From positions 1 through 64,000 of the forward strand of contig NKIB01009877.1 in assembly GCA_002256025.1 (NCBI GenBank): 64,000 nucleotides of DNA, given 5' to 3'. The position numbers and the translations under genes are program-made. Origin of the DNA: Asterionella formosa. Lineage: Eukaryota. Under the pieces are notes generated by a model. That model was not told where the DNA came from and ran no database searches. It saw nothing but the letters and a program-made list of their open reading frames with translations. Below are positions 35,600-47,318 of this stretch, piece after piece (position 1 is the first letter of the stretch; every line of letters starts with the position of its first letter).

Positions 35600-38500
35600 A
35601 TAAAACCAACTTCAGAGCAGATTTGCTTTACTATACATTCTCCATTTCAACTGATCCTGAAAAGTCATCACTGGTTGTTTTGTGATTGATCAAGCAAAAA
35701 ATTCCATTTACTCACTTCTTTAACCAATTAATATATTAAGCAAGAGTGTTTTGATGGGCACAGTTGGGCTTGTCTACCGGTACTTAAGGTTGGCTGGTTT
35801 GATAACACAAACCATATTGGGTCCTTCTGATTTGTTGGATTGATTTCAGTCTCTCTTTGAGGTATGATTGTAAACAATTAATGGCTCTTTTCATTTAACT
35901 TTATAGATTAAAATCTCAATCGCTTGATAATATTTTTGAATCTCCAATAGTGGCATGAGTTAATCAGACCAGAATGGTGCTCCAGAAAAAAGTAAATTTC
36001 TTCTCAGGACAAAGAAACAATCTCAAAGCATCCTTGCTGAGTTGCTCCTAATGACAATATGATAGCAACAGATCAGATGAATTCAGGAAAGTAGCATTGA
36101 GGACGGCAGAGATGCTGATTCATCTATGAAGCACTCCAGCAGCATTGCACCAACCTTCACTGTGGCCAATCAAGCCACAACTAAAATAAGCGCTTCCCAT
36201 TAAAAATAGCTACATGACGTTCTTGTAGGCGACATGGGGATCAAAAATCCTATCCGTAAGAACAAGGGATCCATGTGCTGTACTAAGTAGTCCAATGGTA
36301 CCTTGTACCCTGGCATAGTGTGTAGATTACAATGCGTAATTTACCTGATACCATCGGGATATACATAATAAGTATCCTGACCGCAACTTTGTGTCCATTA
36401 TGGAGGCAGGCCATGATGTCAGCCTGCTGAAGAAGGTTTGGTGGGTTTTATTTTGTGGAGGCATCGAAAATGCAGGTGGAAGTGGAGGTTGGGTAAATCC
36501 TGTTGGATGAATTGGAAAGTGTTTGTTGGTGGATCAAGTTTTTCAGAATTATTGTTTGCTAGTGATTTTTTGAGTTTGGTTTGTAAATGAATAAGTGAGT
36601 AGTTGACTAGTGAAGAGTGGTGCAGTTTGAGAGAGTCAATATTGGGTGACTGGGGAGTCAAAGGATTACTTATGGATGGGAGAGGTCATTTATAGTGTTG
36701 TTGTATATGACCGAGGTGTATATTGAGGTTACCCAAAGGTATGCCTATATAGTTGGCATGTTGATGATTTAATAAATACATCAACGATTGCGCGTTTCGC
36801 AACCACAAAAAGGGAGGCTGGTAAGACCGTCGATATGCATGACCAGTTCGTCATAAATCCGGGCGTGCACAAAACGTTAGCTATATTATTCGCATGTCTG
36901 TAGAACGAAATATTTTTTGTCCGGAAACGCCTGTTCGTTAGTTTCTTTAGCTGCACCTCTTTGGTAGTATTAGCCGCTACTACACACATGGATACAGGTC
37001 AGTACGCTGGCCAACGAAAATCAACAGCCCTTAACGATGCACATGTATCGCTATTTAGCGTTATACTCGCCTAAATGTACAAATCGAACCGACACCCGTA
37101 GCGTGCATCGTCTCGCGTAGGAAATGCATATTGCTTCTACAAGGGCTTCTTTGAAGGACGTGGATCGAGCCGGGCTAGTCGCTGAGCGGTGTAAAACTAT
37201 ACCGGAACAGAGGGAGTATCTCAGAAGGTATTGAACACAGTGCCTGGTAAAGTAGTTATTTATGCTGAGCAGGATTGGAGCAGATGCCAAACCCGAGCCG
37301 GATACTAGGCGAGTTTCGGATGCTGAACCAAGCTGGAGGGGCGTTTGCATGCGAAAACTGAGTCAGAAACGCGAGTCAGACGTAATAGTTCTGATTGATT
37401 CGGATTCCAAGACCGAGCCTGCCCCATGTGTCCTGGGTACCTGCATTGTCTGGCATGTTTTTGTAATTATTGGGTACAGTGTGCCAGTTGGCATCCTAGA
37501 GCTGTTATGGTTTTTTGGTGGTTTGGTTATGGTTATTCCTTGATACCAGACTTTTTAGAAGCGGAGTATTAAACTTGCTTACTTCCAATAGATCTGATGT
37601 CTTGGAATAAACCATGGGAATGTGAGGTTTGATTATAATTTGTGTTGACAGGTGGATCAAAAGGCCTATCTTAAGGTTGGAACTTTGTGTAGTGATTACA
37701 CTGAAGGGTTAAGTAACGATCATGATAATGTTCTTTGGGCCAGCTTTTTTGTTGGGAATGAAGTTGTGTAGAGGCCAAGTGTGCAACTGAAATCATTCTT
37801 ATAGAATCTGATAGTTCAATAGTAAACCACGTAGAAGTGGGTTCTGGTTATAGTGTGGTCTTAGTAGGACAAATGCTTAAAAAGGTGGTCCTAGTACAAG
37901 ATAAATAGCAAGGTATGTGGTGACTAACTGTGTGGTTAAGTTATGGTCGCGAAAGTTTGGAAAGCAAGCTTTTGCGCTTTTTCGGTTGTTTATTGAGGAG
38001 TATCGGATTGATTTCCGACTTGCCAGGAGTGGCGTGATGTTGTGTACCAAAGACTCGTCCAGTTGATTGTTGAAAGCTTGGAGTGCTTCTGTGCCAGTGA
38101 GGCGCCTAATTGTGGCTAGTTTAGTCCCTGAATTCGTTAAATTTGGCTATTTTTGTTAAAGTCACATGATGATGATGTTGGTAGGGAGAGTCAGTGCTGG
38201 CTCTTTTGTTCCCTTTGTAGCTGAAAGTGGAGACTCAGTCAGAGTGATAGTGACTGGCTCAGTTTGTCGTTAAGTGACTGCGGTGAGAACCGCTGAATTG
38301 TGTGATAGGATGTTCCTTGCTTGTTCACAACAATTAAAGGGTGTTGAATGGTCATCCCTGACATTCTGGGAGATGCTCTATGACTACCTATGGTAGTCTA
38401 CTAGAGGTAGTGATTGAGAATAGAGGTTCTAGATGTTATTATCACAAAAAAATTGGCCTGAATGGCAAAGAAGCCTTCACATGGCCAATTCGAATTGAAT

Positions 38501-38600
38501 CCACAAAACAATGAGAAAACTGAGCCGAATCCGTATTTGTGAAAAACCATCTCCTGCCATATGGCTAGTCCTTCAACCGTCACAACCACTTCTTTGCAGG
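35600..38600 (-). mobile_element. Highly degenerate TE relic, possibly a non-LTR retrotransposon
   Basis: Strong strand skew (A/C-rich on minus), no intact ORF, only faint LINE-like peptide fragments. Confidence 0.25.
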
Positions 38601-39009
38601 ACTTAGATAATGTGACACTGGGCTAATTACTTAGGAGTGTGCTCGTCTGTACTTATGACCTCGTCTACTTTAAGCCTTACGTCTTACCAACAAGTTACCG
38701 GTATACCGGTATCATGTTTATGCGTGTTGTTCATACGTTTAATTAAAAAATACAGTACCTGGTACCAGGTATCTGGTGCTGCCTTGTCAGTTTCTTCTCG
38801 TCTCCTGATACAGGTGGTATTATATTATATCTATACATACATAGTCAGTAGTACATACCACATCCGTACATGTCGATTTCATAGTCCTAAGTACTGCGAA
38901 TATATAATATCATGCCGGTAATGTTCATTTGACAGTGGCCAGTCTTCATCCCTCGTCCTATTTCATAATTACAACATACCGGTATGTACCGGTAGTCGAC
39001 TCACACAAG

Positions 39010-41850
39010 ATGGCATCGACGATGTATCAACAGAGCAACAGCTCGATGAACAGGCTAGACGGACGGCATCGATGGCGAATGTTGGCTTTGGCAACTTTGT
39101 CATTATCATCAACATCATCAGCATTCGCTCCACCATCGAAAGCAAAAAATATTCCAGTTTTTTCTTCAACTCTCATTTTGTTGCGACATCAAGGCAGCAC
39201 AGGTAGTGCACTTTTCGCTAGCAAAAAGAAGGGCAAAGGCGAGGTATCTAGCAAGGAACAAAGTCGAAAGAATCGACCAGAAAGTAGCGAATCGAAGCTA
39301 TCAAATTCAAAGGGTAAGGCCATTGACGCCTTGTCACAGCCAAAGGACTCGCCGCCGCAACCAACCAACCCATTGGACATTCAAAGTGATGCGAACGCAA
39401 CAACTGCTCCAAAGCGCCCGAGGAAAGCCACTTTATTGCCTCCGATACCGCTACAAGTGACCAAAGGAAACAGTCAGCGCAAAGACAAGCCGTCGCCGAA
39501 AGATAGAAAATATTATTCCTCCCTTCTGCCACCGCCTTTACCCAGTTTGAAAACAAGCAACGATGATGATCTTTCAAGTGGGCTGTCATCTTGGGAGGAG
39601 TTTCTCGGTAAATCAAAGGACGACGAGGGAATTGAATCCGCAGCTCGGCTGGGCCTACAATCTCGTCAAGAAAATCGTCTCGGCGCACTATTTCCCCCAG
39701 ATATAATAACTGGTGGCATGAATGATCCGGAAAAACAAAGCGGAAAGCTAAAGGCTAGTGCTCTGGACGGTGTTTTGCCTGTTAGTGAACTTTTCTATCG
39801 CTCCTCACAAGCCTTATCAGACGAAGAAAAAGAGGACGGCGGTGACGACGAAGAGTTGCCCTTCAGCGCAGAGCAAACGGATGAGCTGTCGACCGATGGA
39901 AATAGAATTCAGGTCCGAAGAAATATAGCGGACGACTTGGAAAAGATGTCCAGAGACAAGAATGAAAAACAGTCGGGTCGAAGACGGACACTTTCAGGGC
40001 GCAAGATGGTGAGACGAGGGATGGAGATGCTTGTCGGTGGTGTTCCCATAAATGCAGATCCACCGCAACGTTCAGTGGATCTTATTTATCGATCACCATC
40101 GAAAGGCGAACAAGTCGACTGGGCCAGTGTGATTTCTTTGAACTCACGAGACTTTGGACCTCTTGTCCATTCGGGGAGTATCGACGCTGTGACGCAGATC
40201 GAAAGAGGTCTATTTTGTGAAAATTTTGTCGCTTCTGCGATGAAATGGGATGTGTGTCCAAAGGATCTTCGTGAAATTGTCAAGACTCACGCTCTTCGCC
40301 GCCAAGATTCGTCCACTGGTGGCTCATACGCAAAATTATTGGACCAAATGATGCATACTTCCAGCCGCGAGCGCGAAAAGACTACAAGCAACAACAGCGA
40401 TCGCGAGTTAATTGATGAACACGACTTTCGATGGAGGGATAGAGAGTTTCAATTTAAATTCTCTATTGGAGTTGCAAAGGATGAGTTGGTTTCTGGTGAC
40501 GAAGAGGAAGATGGTGGTATTCTCGGTCGAGTTCTATTGCATACCATCTCTCTGATTGCCAAGAACAAGCTTGCAGATAATGACTTCAAATTGAAGCTTC
40601 ATACCATGACGCTAAGTGATGCTGAAGCAGGCATGACTTCCATTTCCATGAAATTTCATCTGGAACACAAGTCAATCAAAGATACATCTGACGACCTCAC
40701 TCACATTGCTGAGGACATCAGCCCAATAATGATGCAAGCCCTGAATGATGGAACATTCATGCTTGCGATGGCTGCAACGGCTAAAGAAGAGATGGCATGG
40801 CCGAAGAAAGTTCGCGAACTTATTGTTGAAGAATGTCTCTTTTCCGACGACGAAGACATTGGTCCTATTGATGCAACAGACGACTTTGGTCTTGTCGACG
40901 AGAATTCAGCTGTCGAGGCTACTGACGAAGAATCAAGCCTCAATACTGATTATTATTCGGAGGATGAAATTGTGGACGAAAATGGTGTCGTCTCGCCATT
41001 TGGTATCCCAGGAATGTCCATGTACACGAATGGCGACCTCTTCCTGGGAGGTGGAAATGATGGGGTATTCTTTGACTATTCGGAGAGCAACATTGAGAAT
41101 GCACCCTTCAAAGGTTCGCTTGGTCCCCTTCTGGTAGACGCAGTGGTTGAGAGAGCCAAACAGAAATACCCGCGCGTAATTGCTATCGGTGATGTGCATG
41201 GCTGTATCGACGAACTTCAAGACCTTCTCCGCGAATGCGATTACCAACCCGGTGACCTCGTTGTCTTTTTGGGCGACCTTGTATGTAAAGGCCCGGATAG
41301 CATTTCAGTGATACAGATGGCCAGAGAAATTGGCGCAATTGGTGTAAGAGGCAATCACGATTTCGAGGTCGTTCGGTGGCATCAAGCTATAAAATCTGGT
41401 GTAGACCCTCCCGTTGTTGGATCGGAACACTTCCACATTGCAACCTGTCTAACAAAGGCTGACATGAAGTGGCTGTATAGTCTCCCTTGGTATTTGTCCA
41501 GTAAAGAACTTGGCTGTCTATTTGTCCACGCTGGGTTTGTTTCTGGAATAAGGCTTGCAAAGCAGAATCCTCGCTTAATGATGAACATGAGGAGCATCCT
41601 TCCGGATGGCACAGTAACATCCAAGTTCTTTAGCAATTGGCCTTGGGCTCGTCTATGGGATGGTCCTCAAACAGTCCTGTTCGGACACGATGCTGACCGG
41701 GGCCTTCAGAACTACGAGCATGCAATCGGTCTGGACACTGGTTGCGTTTATGGAGGTCGCTTGACTGCTTGCATTCTTCCAGAAAAGCGTCTGGTCAGCG
41801 TCAGTGCAAGACGGGAGTATTTCAAATACCGTAGAAAGCACTACGATTAA
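39010..41850 (+). CDS. ApaH-like (ALPH) PPP-family metallophosphoesterase with long N-terminal extension and plastid presequence
   Basis: C-terminal GDVHG, GDLVCKGP, RGNHD, VHAG, FGHD, GLDTGC; N-terminal MLALATLSLSSTSSA-FAP. Start is probably 39010 or a later Met. Confidence 0.85.
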   Translation: MASTMYQQSNSSMNRLDGRHRWRMLALATLSLSSTSSAFAPPSKAKNIPVFSSTLILLRHQGSTGSALFASKKKGKGEVSSKEQSRKNRPESSESKLSNSKGKAIDALSQPKDSPPQPTNPLDIQSDANATTAPKRPRKATLLPPIPLQVTKGNSQRKDKPSPKDRKYYSSLLPPPLPSLKTSNDDDLSSGLSSWEEFLGKSKDDEGIESAARLGLQSRQENRLGALFPPDIITGGMNDPEKQSGKLKASALDGVLPVSELFYRSSQALSDEEKEDGGDDEELPFSAEQTDELSTDGNRIQVRRNIADDLEKMSRDKNEKQSGRRRTLSGRKMVRRGMEMLVGGVPINADPPQRSVDLIYRSPSKGEQVDWASVISLNSRDFGPLVHSGSIDAVTQIERGLFCENFVASAMKWDVCPKDLREIVKTHALRRQDSSTGGSYAKLLDQMMHTSSREREKTTSNNSDRELIDEHDFRWRDREFQFKFSIGVAKDELVSGDEEEDGGILGRVLLHTISLIAKNKLADNDFKLKLHTMTLSDAEAGMTSISMKFHLEHKSIKDTSDDLTHIAEDISPIMMQALNDGTFMLAMAATAKEEMAWPKKVRELIVEECLFSDDEDIGPIDATDDFGLVDENSAVEATDEESSLNTDYYSEDEIVDENGVVSPFGIPGMSMYTNGDLFLGGGNDGVFFDYSESNIENAPFKGSLGPLLVDAVVERAKQKYPRVIAIGDVHGCIDELQDLLRECDYQPGDLVVFLGDLVCKGPDSISVIQMAREIGAIGVRGNHDFEVVRWHQAIKSGVDPPVVGSEHFHIATCLTKADMKWLYSLPWYLSSKELGCLFVHAGFVSGIRLAKQNPRLMMNMRSILPDGTVTSKFFSNWPWARLWDGPQTVLFGHDADRGLQNYEHAIGLDTGCVYGGRLTACILPEKRLVSVSARREYFKYRRKHYD

Positions 41851-42989
41851 CAACATCTTAAAGGTTGTACTGTTATTTGGGCCATTGTCTCTCCCTTACT
41901 CCCAGATCTCCTTCATTGTATTGCTTTACTTACAGAATGGCAAATCCAGTGCACTGACTTTCTGAAGTTTTGTGACCATAATACTGATTTGACCTCACTT
42001 CCTGTACTTCCAAGTTGATAGCCAAAACCAAGCGATGAAATTTGTCTGGATTCATGGGCTCCTGATGACAGCTGGGTGCAAGGAAATTATCGTTTCTTTA
42101 CCCAGCCGTGGATTTTAAGCATGTACAAGGCCTCATTGAAGCTTGTCCGCAATATATCAAAGCAACAATGTCAAATCCAGCAGCTTTGATGCTGACAAAA
42201 GCAAAAATATCAACACGATTTTCAACAGTTTCTTATTTTCGGCTGACTTGATGCATTCCTGCTGCAAATTCCAGAATGCTGATTGCATCAGTCTATTTGA
42301 TATTTCTTTAAGTTCTAGTTCGAAATGCACATCCCAAGTCGTAGTGTGCAACTCTCTCTTGAAAAAAATGCTAAAATGAAAATTAAATAAGAATGAATTA
42401 AAAAGATATTTCTCACTGTAGATGCTGGTTAGCTACCAGATAGCAATTACTCCAATGACAGATCTGTTACAGCAGTATCTGTTTGTAGAACAAGGACAAT
42501 GAAAGCCATATGAAGCGCATTAAGACTACGCATTTGCTAGAAGGGTAGACCGCATAGCGCTTCCTGGCGCTGCCAGCCCTGGAGGGCCCGGTAATCAGTG
42601 CATTGCTTGCGTGCACTTTAAACTAAAATTTTCACATATCGGTTCCAACCTACTTCATTGGTAGTCTGACCGGCTCACCAATTCCAAAATGATGAAATAT
42701 TTCAAAATATTATCATATATTTATAAAGATAGTATGTTTTATAGCCCATTTGTACTCCCCTATTTCTAGGCAAGTATTTCATTGTGCTACTTGCAGACAA
42801 GACCTGTGCTTCCCTAGTTTTGTTAGCATAGGTGAGTCCCCAACCACCTTTTTGCAAAAGGTTATTGTCTTTGCCGCAACATTAGGGGAAACTACGAACG
42901 CCTAAGAAGGTGACACAAGCTGCTTGCAGGGGGGGGGGGGGGCAACCCACTATAAATTGCATACCAGGCAAGACCATGTGGGACAGTAG

Positions 42990-43090
42990 GGAGTGTGGGA
43001 GTCGAACCCAACAATTGCTTCTAAAAAAGTGCGGGAATTGAACCTCACAACCTCAAATCAAAGGCAACGTGCTAAACCACTTAGCCATTA
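42990..43090 (-). other. tRNA-derived sequence (pseudo-tRNA or SINE head) with A box and two B boxes
   Basis: Minus strand TGGCTAAGTGG ... GGTTCAATTCC, then a second GGTTCGACTCC; no complete cloverleaf. Confidence 0.55.
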
Positions 43091-43170
43091 CCTTTATCAT
43101 GTATTTATATTACCTGCAACCATTACAAAGTTTCAAACTGAAAAGTGCTGTCACCTTTCACAGCAGAATC

Positions 43171-43326
43171 GCTGACTAGTAACTTCAACTTGCTGACTGA
43201 GGATTTTATTTTGGAAACTGCTGACTTGATTTGCTGAAAATTTGAACTATCCGCTGGCTGCTGAATTCATTTGCTGACTGACTACTGTCATGAAATCGCT
43301 GAATGCTAACTTGAACTTGCTGACTT
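43171..43326. repeat. Cluster of GCTGACT/GCTGAA motifs
   Basis: About 9 copies in 155 bp, with an echo near 43580-43610. Confidence 0.7.
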
Positions 43327-44854
43327 CAAGCAACCTACTGGTGGCAGGTAGGAAGAAACCAACTATAAAAACCGTTTTTACTTTTCATATTTGAATAACG
43401 ATGGAAACGCATCTTTCTTTGTGGGATACTGAAGCGATGCCTACTATATATTATTGGGAGTAATACAGAGAAAATTAAAGAAAGCTGTTAAATAGTCATC
43501 AATGACTGAAAATAGTTATTGATATCTACTTCGTCATTTTGCTACTGTACCAACCGGCATGTACTACTATCTTAAAAATGATGACTTCAACTTGCTAATT
43601 GTTGACTGCAGATTGAAAATCTGATATGAGCTCTCTGGAAAATTGGCATTGATAGCTGGATCGCACGATAAGAGCAAGATCAAGGGCAAGTGCGTGAGGA
43701 AGATAAAACTCTATTTTTCTTCCAGTTGAAGTTCAGATCAGGTGTCACAATATTTGTCAAAAGCATCAGTGGGTGGGATCAGTAGATCAGGCTGTTAATG
43801 CATGGAATTGTACCAGGGTGACAGGAAATACTTATAGAGCACCGCTTCGCCTCACCCCATTATGGAAGAGAAACAAAGGGAGACGCCCCAGGGTCAAGAA
43901 GAAACAGACGCGAACAGCCAAGTTCAGGTGTCTCAAAAGGCACAAGTACAATTTTTTTTAGTTTAAACGTAATTTAAATATTTTTTGTCAAAAAAACTTG
44001 AACTACATGAGATTAATTTAGTGTAGATAATAAATATGCAACTACAATTCTGTCGAAAATAATATTCGAGTCGAAATTTTTTTGCATTAAGTTCACCCTC
44101 AGTAGCTGGCTAACCTAGCTTAGGAACATTCCTGTGATGTTTCTTACAAATGTACACAATAATAACTTGTAAAAATTTGTTGTACAGGTCACAGCATCTG
44201 GGGGGGGGGGAAGGTTACTTAGCTTGTGTCTTCTTTTCTTTTCGCTCCTGTCATCATCATCTTTGCTTTCGTGGAAGAATTGTGTCTGGTGTCATCTTCA
44301 AAATCATGATAGTTATCGGTTTAATTGTCAATGAAAGTTTTTGGGTACAGTTTGACGGAAATCAAGCTCTCATTATTTATATCAAGCTCAAAGTTGTCTG
44401 GTAGTACTGTGAGGGATTCAACAAATCTATTAAATTCAGCATCTGAAATAAGAGAGATTGTTTTGTTGGGCAAGGTGACTGAGTGGCTGAGTGGCTCATG
44501 GTAGCTTCATGACATGAAAAATTGTCCTTTCAATGATTGGTTTTATTTGCCTCTACTTTCCCCTTCAACTGCGGCGCTGGTGGTTCTATCAGAAAAGCTC
44601 TAATGGCAGATCTGTTGCAGTCGTAGGATCTGTTTGGAGAAGAAGAACAATGAAATTCAGTGGCAGGCTGCCAACAATCAATAAAGAGATCATATCGATA
44701 TCTGTATGATGTTTCGCTCCTGCAAACACACCAAAACAAAGTGTATGGTGTTGTCTTACTTGCTGCCCACATGAAATGAAAATTAATTTCTGGTGCTAAA
44801 ATTAATTCCCTGCTGGCGTATTTTCAGCTATTTTATCTGTGGGAATGGAAATGA

Positions 44855-45045
44855 TATTTGACAGTATCACTGATGCCTTTTTTTAGGGGGTCAAAAGGTA
44901 TGATCTTGGTCTCAATTGATACCACTAGTAGGGTAGCCATTGCTGATACCCAAGATTGATACCAACTAGTCATTTTTTGCCCAAACCCTAGAAATGATAC
45001 CACATTTGCTTTCCGGAAAATGCTGAATGATGAGAACCCCGGCCC
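44855..45045. mobile_element. Isolated diverged right end of the same Harbinger/MITE family
   Basis: Aligns with 45750-45940 (CAGTATCACTGAT...TTGCTGATACC...TTTTGCCCA...AAATGATAC...AATGATGAGAAC..GGCCC). Confidence 0.7.
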
Positions 45046-45115
45046 TGATGGTCAAAAAAGGAGTACCAGGTTCTTTATCAATTTGGTATCAATGATACTG
45101 TATTGCTACGACTAA

Positions 45116-45940
45116 GGGTCATTCTTATCATTTTCGATTTGGAATCATATTTTTTGAAAAATATCATGCAACAGCTACTCGATTTAAACCGGAAAAATCC
45201 ATTTTCCACAAAATAAAATAAAATAAAATTGTATCACCAAAATGTATCACGAAAATTAAACGGTTACAGGCTGGCTACAAACATGTGCTTTTCCTTCCAG
45301 AGTTACATACTGGTACCAAAACAGTCCTTAAACCATCTAAGAAATCTACGCGTATTTTTTATAGGGACTACTATAGTCAATAGTATTTGCTCAGGTATTT
45401 GTCATAATCACGTGATCATTTTCGTATTCTATCGCCTAGTATGTGCTGGAGTGATAGTAGATAACGGTAGTGATTAGTGACAGCCAAAGCCAAAGTATTT
45501 GCACAGCTAGCATATGTAATTCGATACCGGGCATATCTCAATGTACATTCAATTCTCGACTCTGAGGTTGTTGTTCTTTGGTGTTGTGGCTGAACATTGC
45601 TGCACACGGCCGCCATGATGATTGTATGGTGCTTCTTTGATGAGTAATAATAATTTTGATGTATATTATTTATATGTGAATAAAAGTACTGTCCTACAGG
45701 CCTATTTTAGGTTATCTTGTCAGTGATAACGGAAATGATACCCGCATGAAAATGTCAGTATCACTGATACTGTTTTTGGAGGGGGCGAAAAACGGGACAG
45801 TATCAATTTTGTATCAATGATACAAAATTTATACCATCGAGTTACCCTTGCTGATACCGTGTTTTGATTCCAACCGTCACTTTTTGCCCACAACCCGGAA
45901 ATGATACAATACAGCAAACTCGGAATGATAAGAACGATCC
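45116..45940. mobile_element. Tourist-like MITE (825 bp) with TAA TSD
   Basis: TIRs GGGTCATTCTTATCATT / AATGATAAGAACGATCC (15/17 match), TAA at 45113-15 and 45941-43, no coding capacity. Confidence 0.88.
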
Positions 45941-46583
45941 TAAGGTAGCCGGCCAGGTCCACCACCCTTTCTATATTGGTACCGGTAGACTCCGAATTTT
46001 GTATGTTTATGTGTGTATGTAGGGCCACTGTTCGACGTTACAACCTCGACAATTATCGAGCTTTTACGAATAATTGCGTCCCAACATAAACATAAAAATG
46101 AAATGATATATGATATATTTGAATATTTTTTTGTATAAATACCCTGCACTGTACGTACTTGTATGTAGGCGACGAAACAAATGCTGCTTGGTCAAATTAC
46201 GTACTGGTAGCTTGGCGTCGATATATTTTCCTACCGGTACATGCATGCGTTGGAGGAACCAGTCGAATGTGTCGCTCAAGACCTCGCGCCAGGCAACTTC
46301 TGACATTGCTGCTTGGCTTCATCATCTTCAAATTCTTTTTGCCGACAGGACTATTCTGAATATCTGATTCTACGTAGTTCCAGTATAAAATAGAAAAGAT
46401 TCGAATCCAGGAATTCTCAACGTGGACAAAAACGAACAAACGTCGCTGATGCATGCACAGCAGGTCGTCCCTGTTCATTGCTCAGATTCAAACGTTTCAA
46501 AACTGCCTAGTTGTTGTTCCAAACCACGAGAATCTTGTCAACTTGAATTGATTCTATTCTTCATTATTGATTCAAGCATTGCG

Positions 46584-47318
46584 ATGTCCACTTTCAATTT
46601 TACCATGATGCAATCAGTTGCTCTAGGTGAATCTAATATGATTATTGACGACGAAGATTTTGTCGTTATCGATTCAGATCGCTTTGGCGATGATGGCAAT
46701 TGGGACTATTGTGACGACGTCTTCTCTACTACTTCGTCAAGTCCATGCTGCTCGGTTTGTTCTGATCTTCCTGCCAAGGTCTTTGAGGAAATCGAATATA
46801 TGGACGACACTCCCGTCCCAGCACTCTCAACGGAAGTCGATAAGTCTGACAGGAATATGCATGAAAATACCGCGATTCCAATGTCCGTTGGAATCTCCAC
46901 TCAGTATGAAACGAAGTGCTTGGAAACAGAAATTGACATTGATGAAATTGGTTGCACAGAAACCTCTGAAATGAATGACTGTGGCGCCGATCACAATGCT
47001 ACGACCGGCTCCAAACAATCTAGTTCTATTATCAGTGACGACGACGAAGCAAAGAGGGACGGTGTCAGCACTAGTCGTCTTTCTAACAAGAAACGACGCA
47101 AGAAAATGAAGTTGATGAAGAAGGCTGTCGCTGCTGCTGCCGCCGCTGCCGCATTGTCTGAGATGACGAGAGGCAACTGTTCGCCATCGAAGGAGTGTCG
47201 TGAACCCAAGATGCCAACAAGGGTTGGCAAGAAGCTTGCAAATGTTGCTGTTTCCTGTGCCCACGAAAGCCTTGCATCTTATCGCCAGGAGATGCAGGTT
47301 GCCCGAAAATTCAAGTGA
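46584..47318 (+). CDS. Hypothetical protein, acidic N-terminal region and basic/poly-Ala C-terminus
   Basis: Long open frame from the ATG at 46584; KKRRKKMK could be a nuclear localisation signal. Confidence 0.65.
   Translation: MSTFNFTMMQSVALGESNMIIDDEDFVVIDSDRFGDDGNWDYCDDVFSTTSSSPCCSVCSDLPAKVFEEIEYMDDTPVPALSTEVDKSDRNMHENTAIPMSVGISTQYETKCLETEIDIDEIGCTETSEMNDCGADHNATTGSKQSSSIISDDDEAKRDGVSTSRLSNKKRRKKMKLMKKAVAAAAAAAALSEMTRGNCSPSKECREPKMPTRVGKKLANVAVSCAHESLASYRQEMQVARKFK

Noticed and set aside
38368..38381. GGAGATGCTCTA as a further Harbinger right TIR
   Set aside because: The match stops after about 10 bp and no subterminal homology is visible.
38929..39009. TTG-initiated N-terminal extension of the phosphatase ORF (likewise 46422 and 48582)
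   Set aside because: Non-ATG starts come from the ORF caller and run through promoter-type sequence.
42990..43090. Functional tRNA gene
   Set aside because: Acceptor and anticodon stems cannot be folded convincingly.
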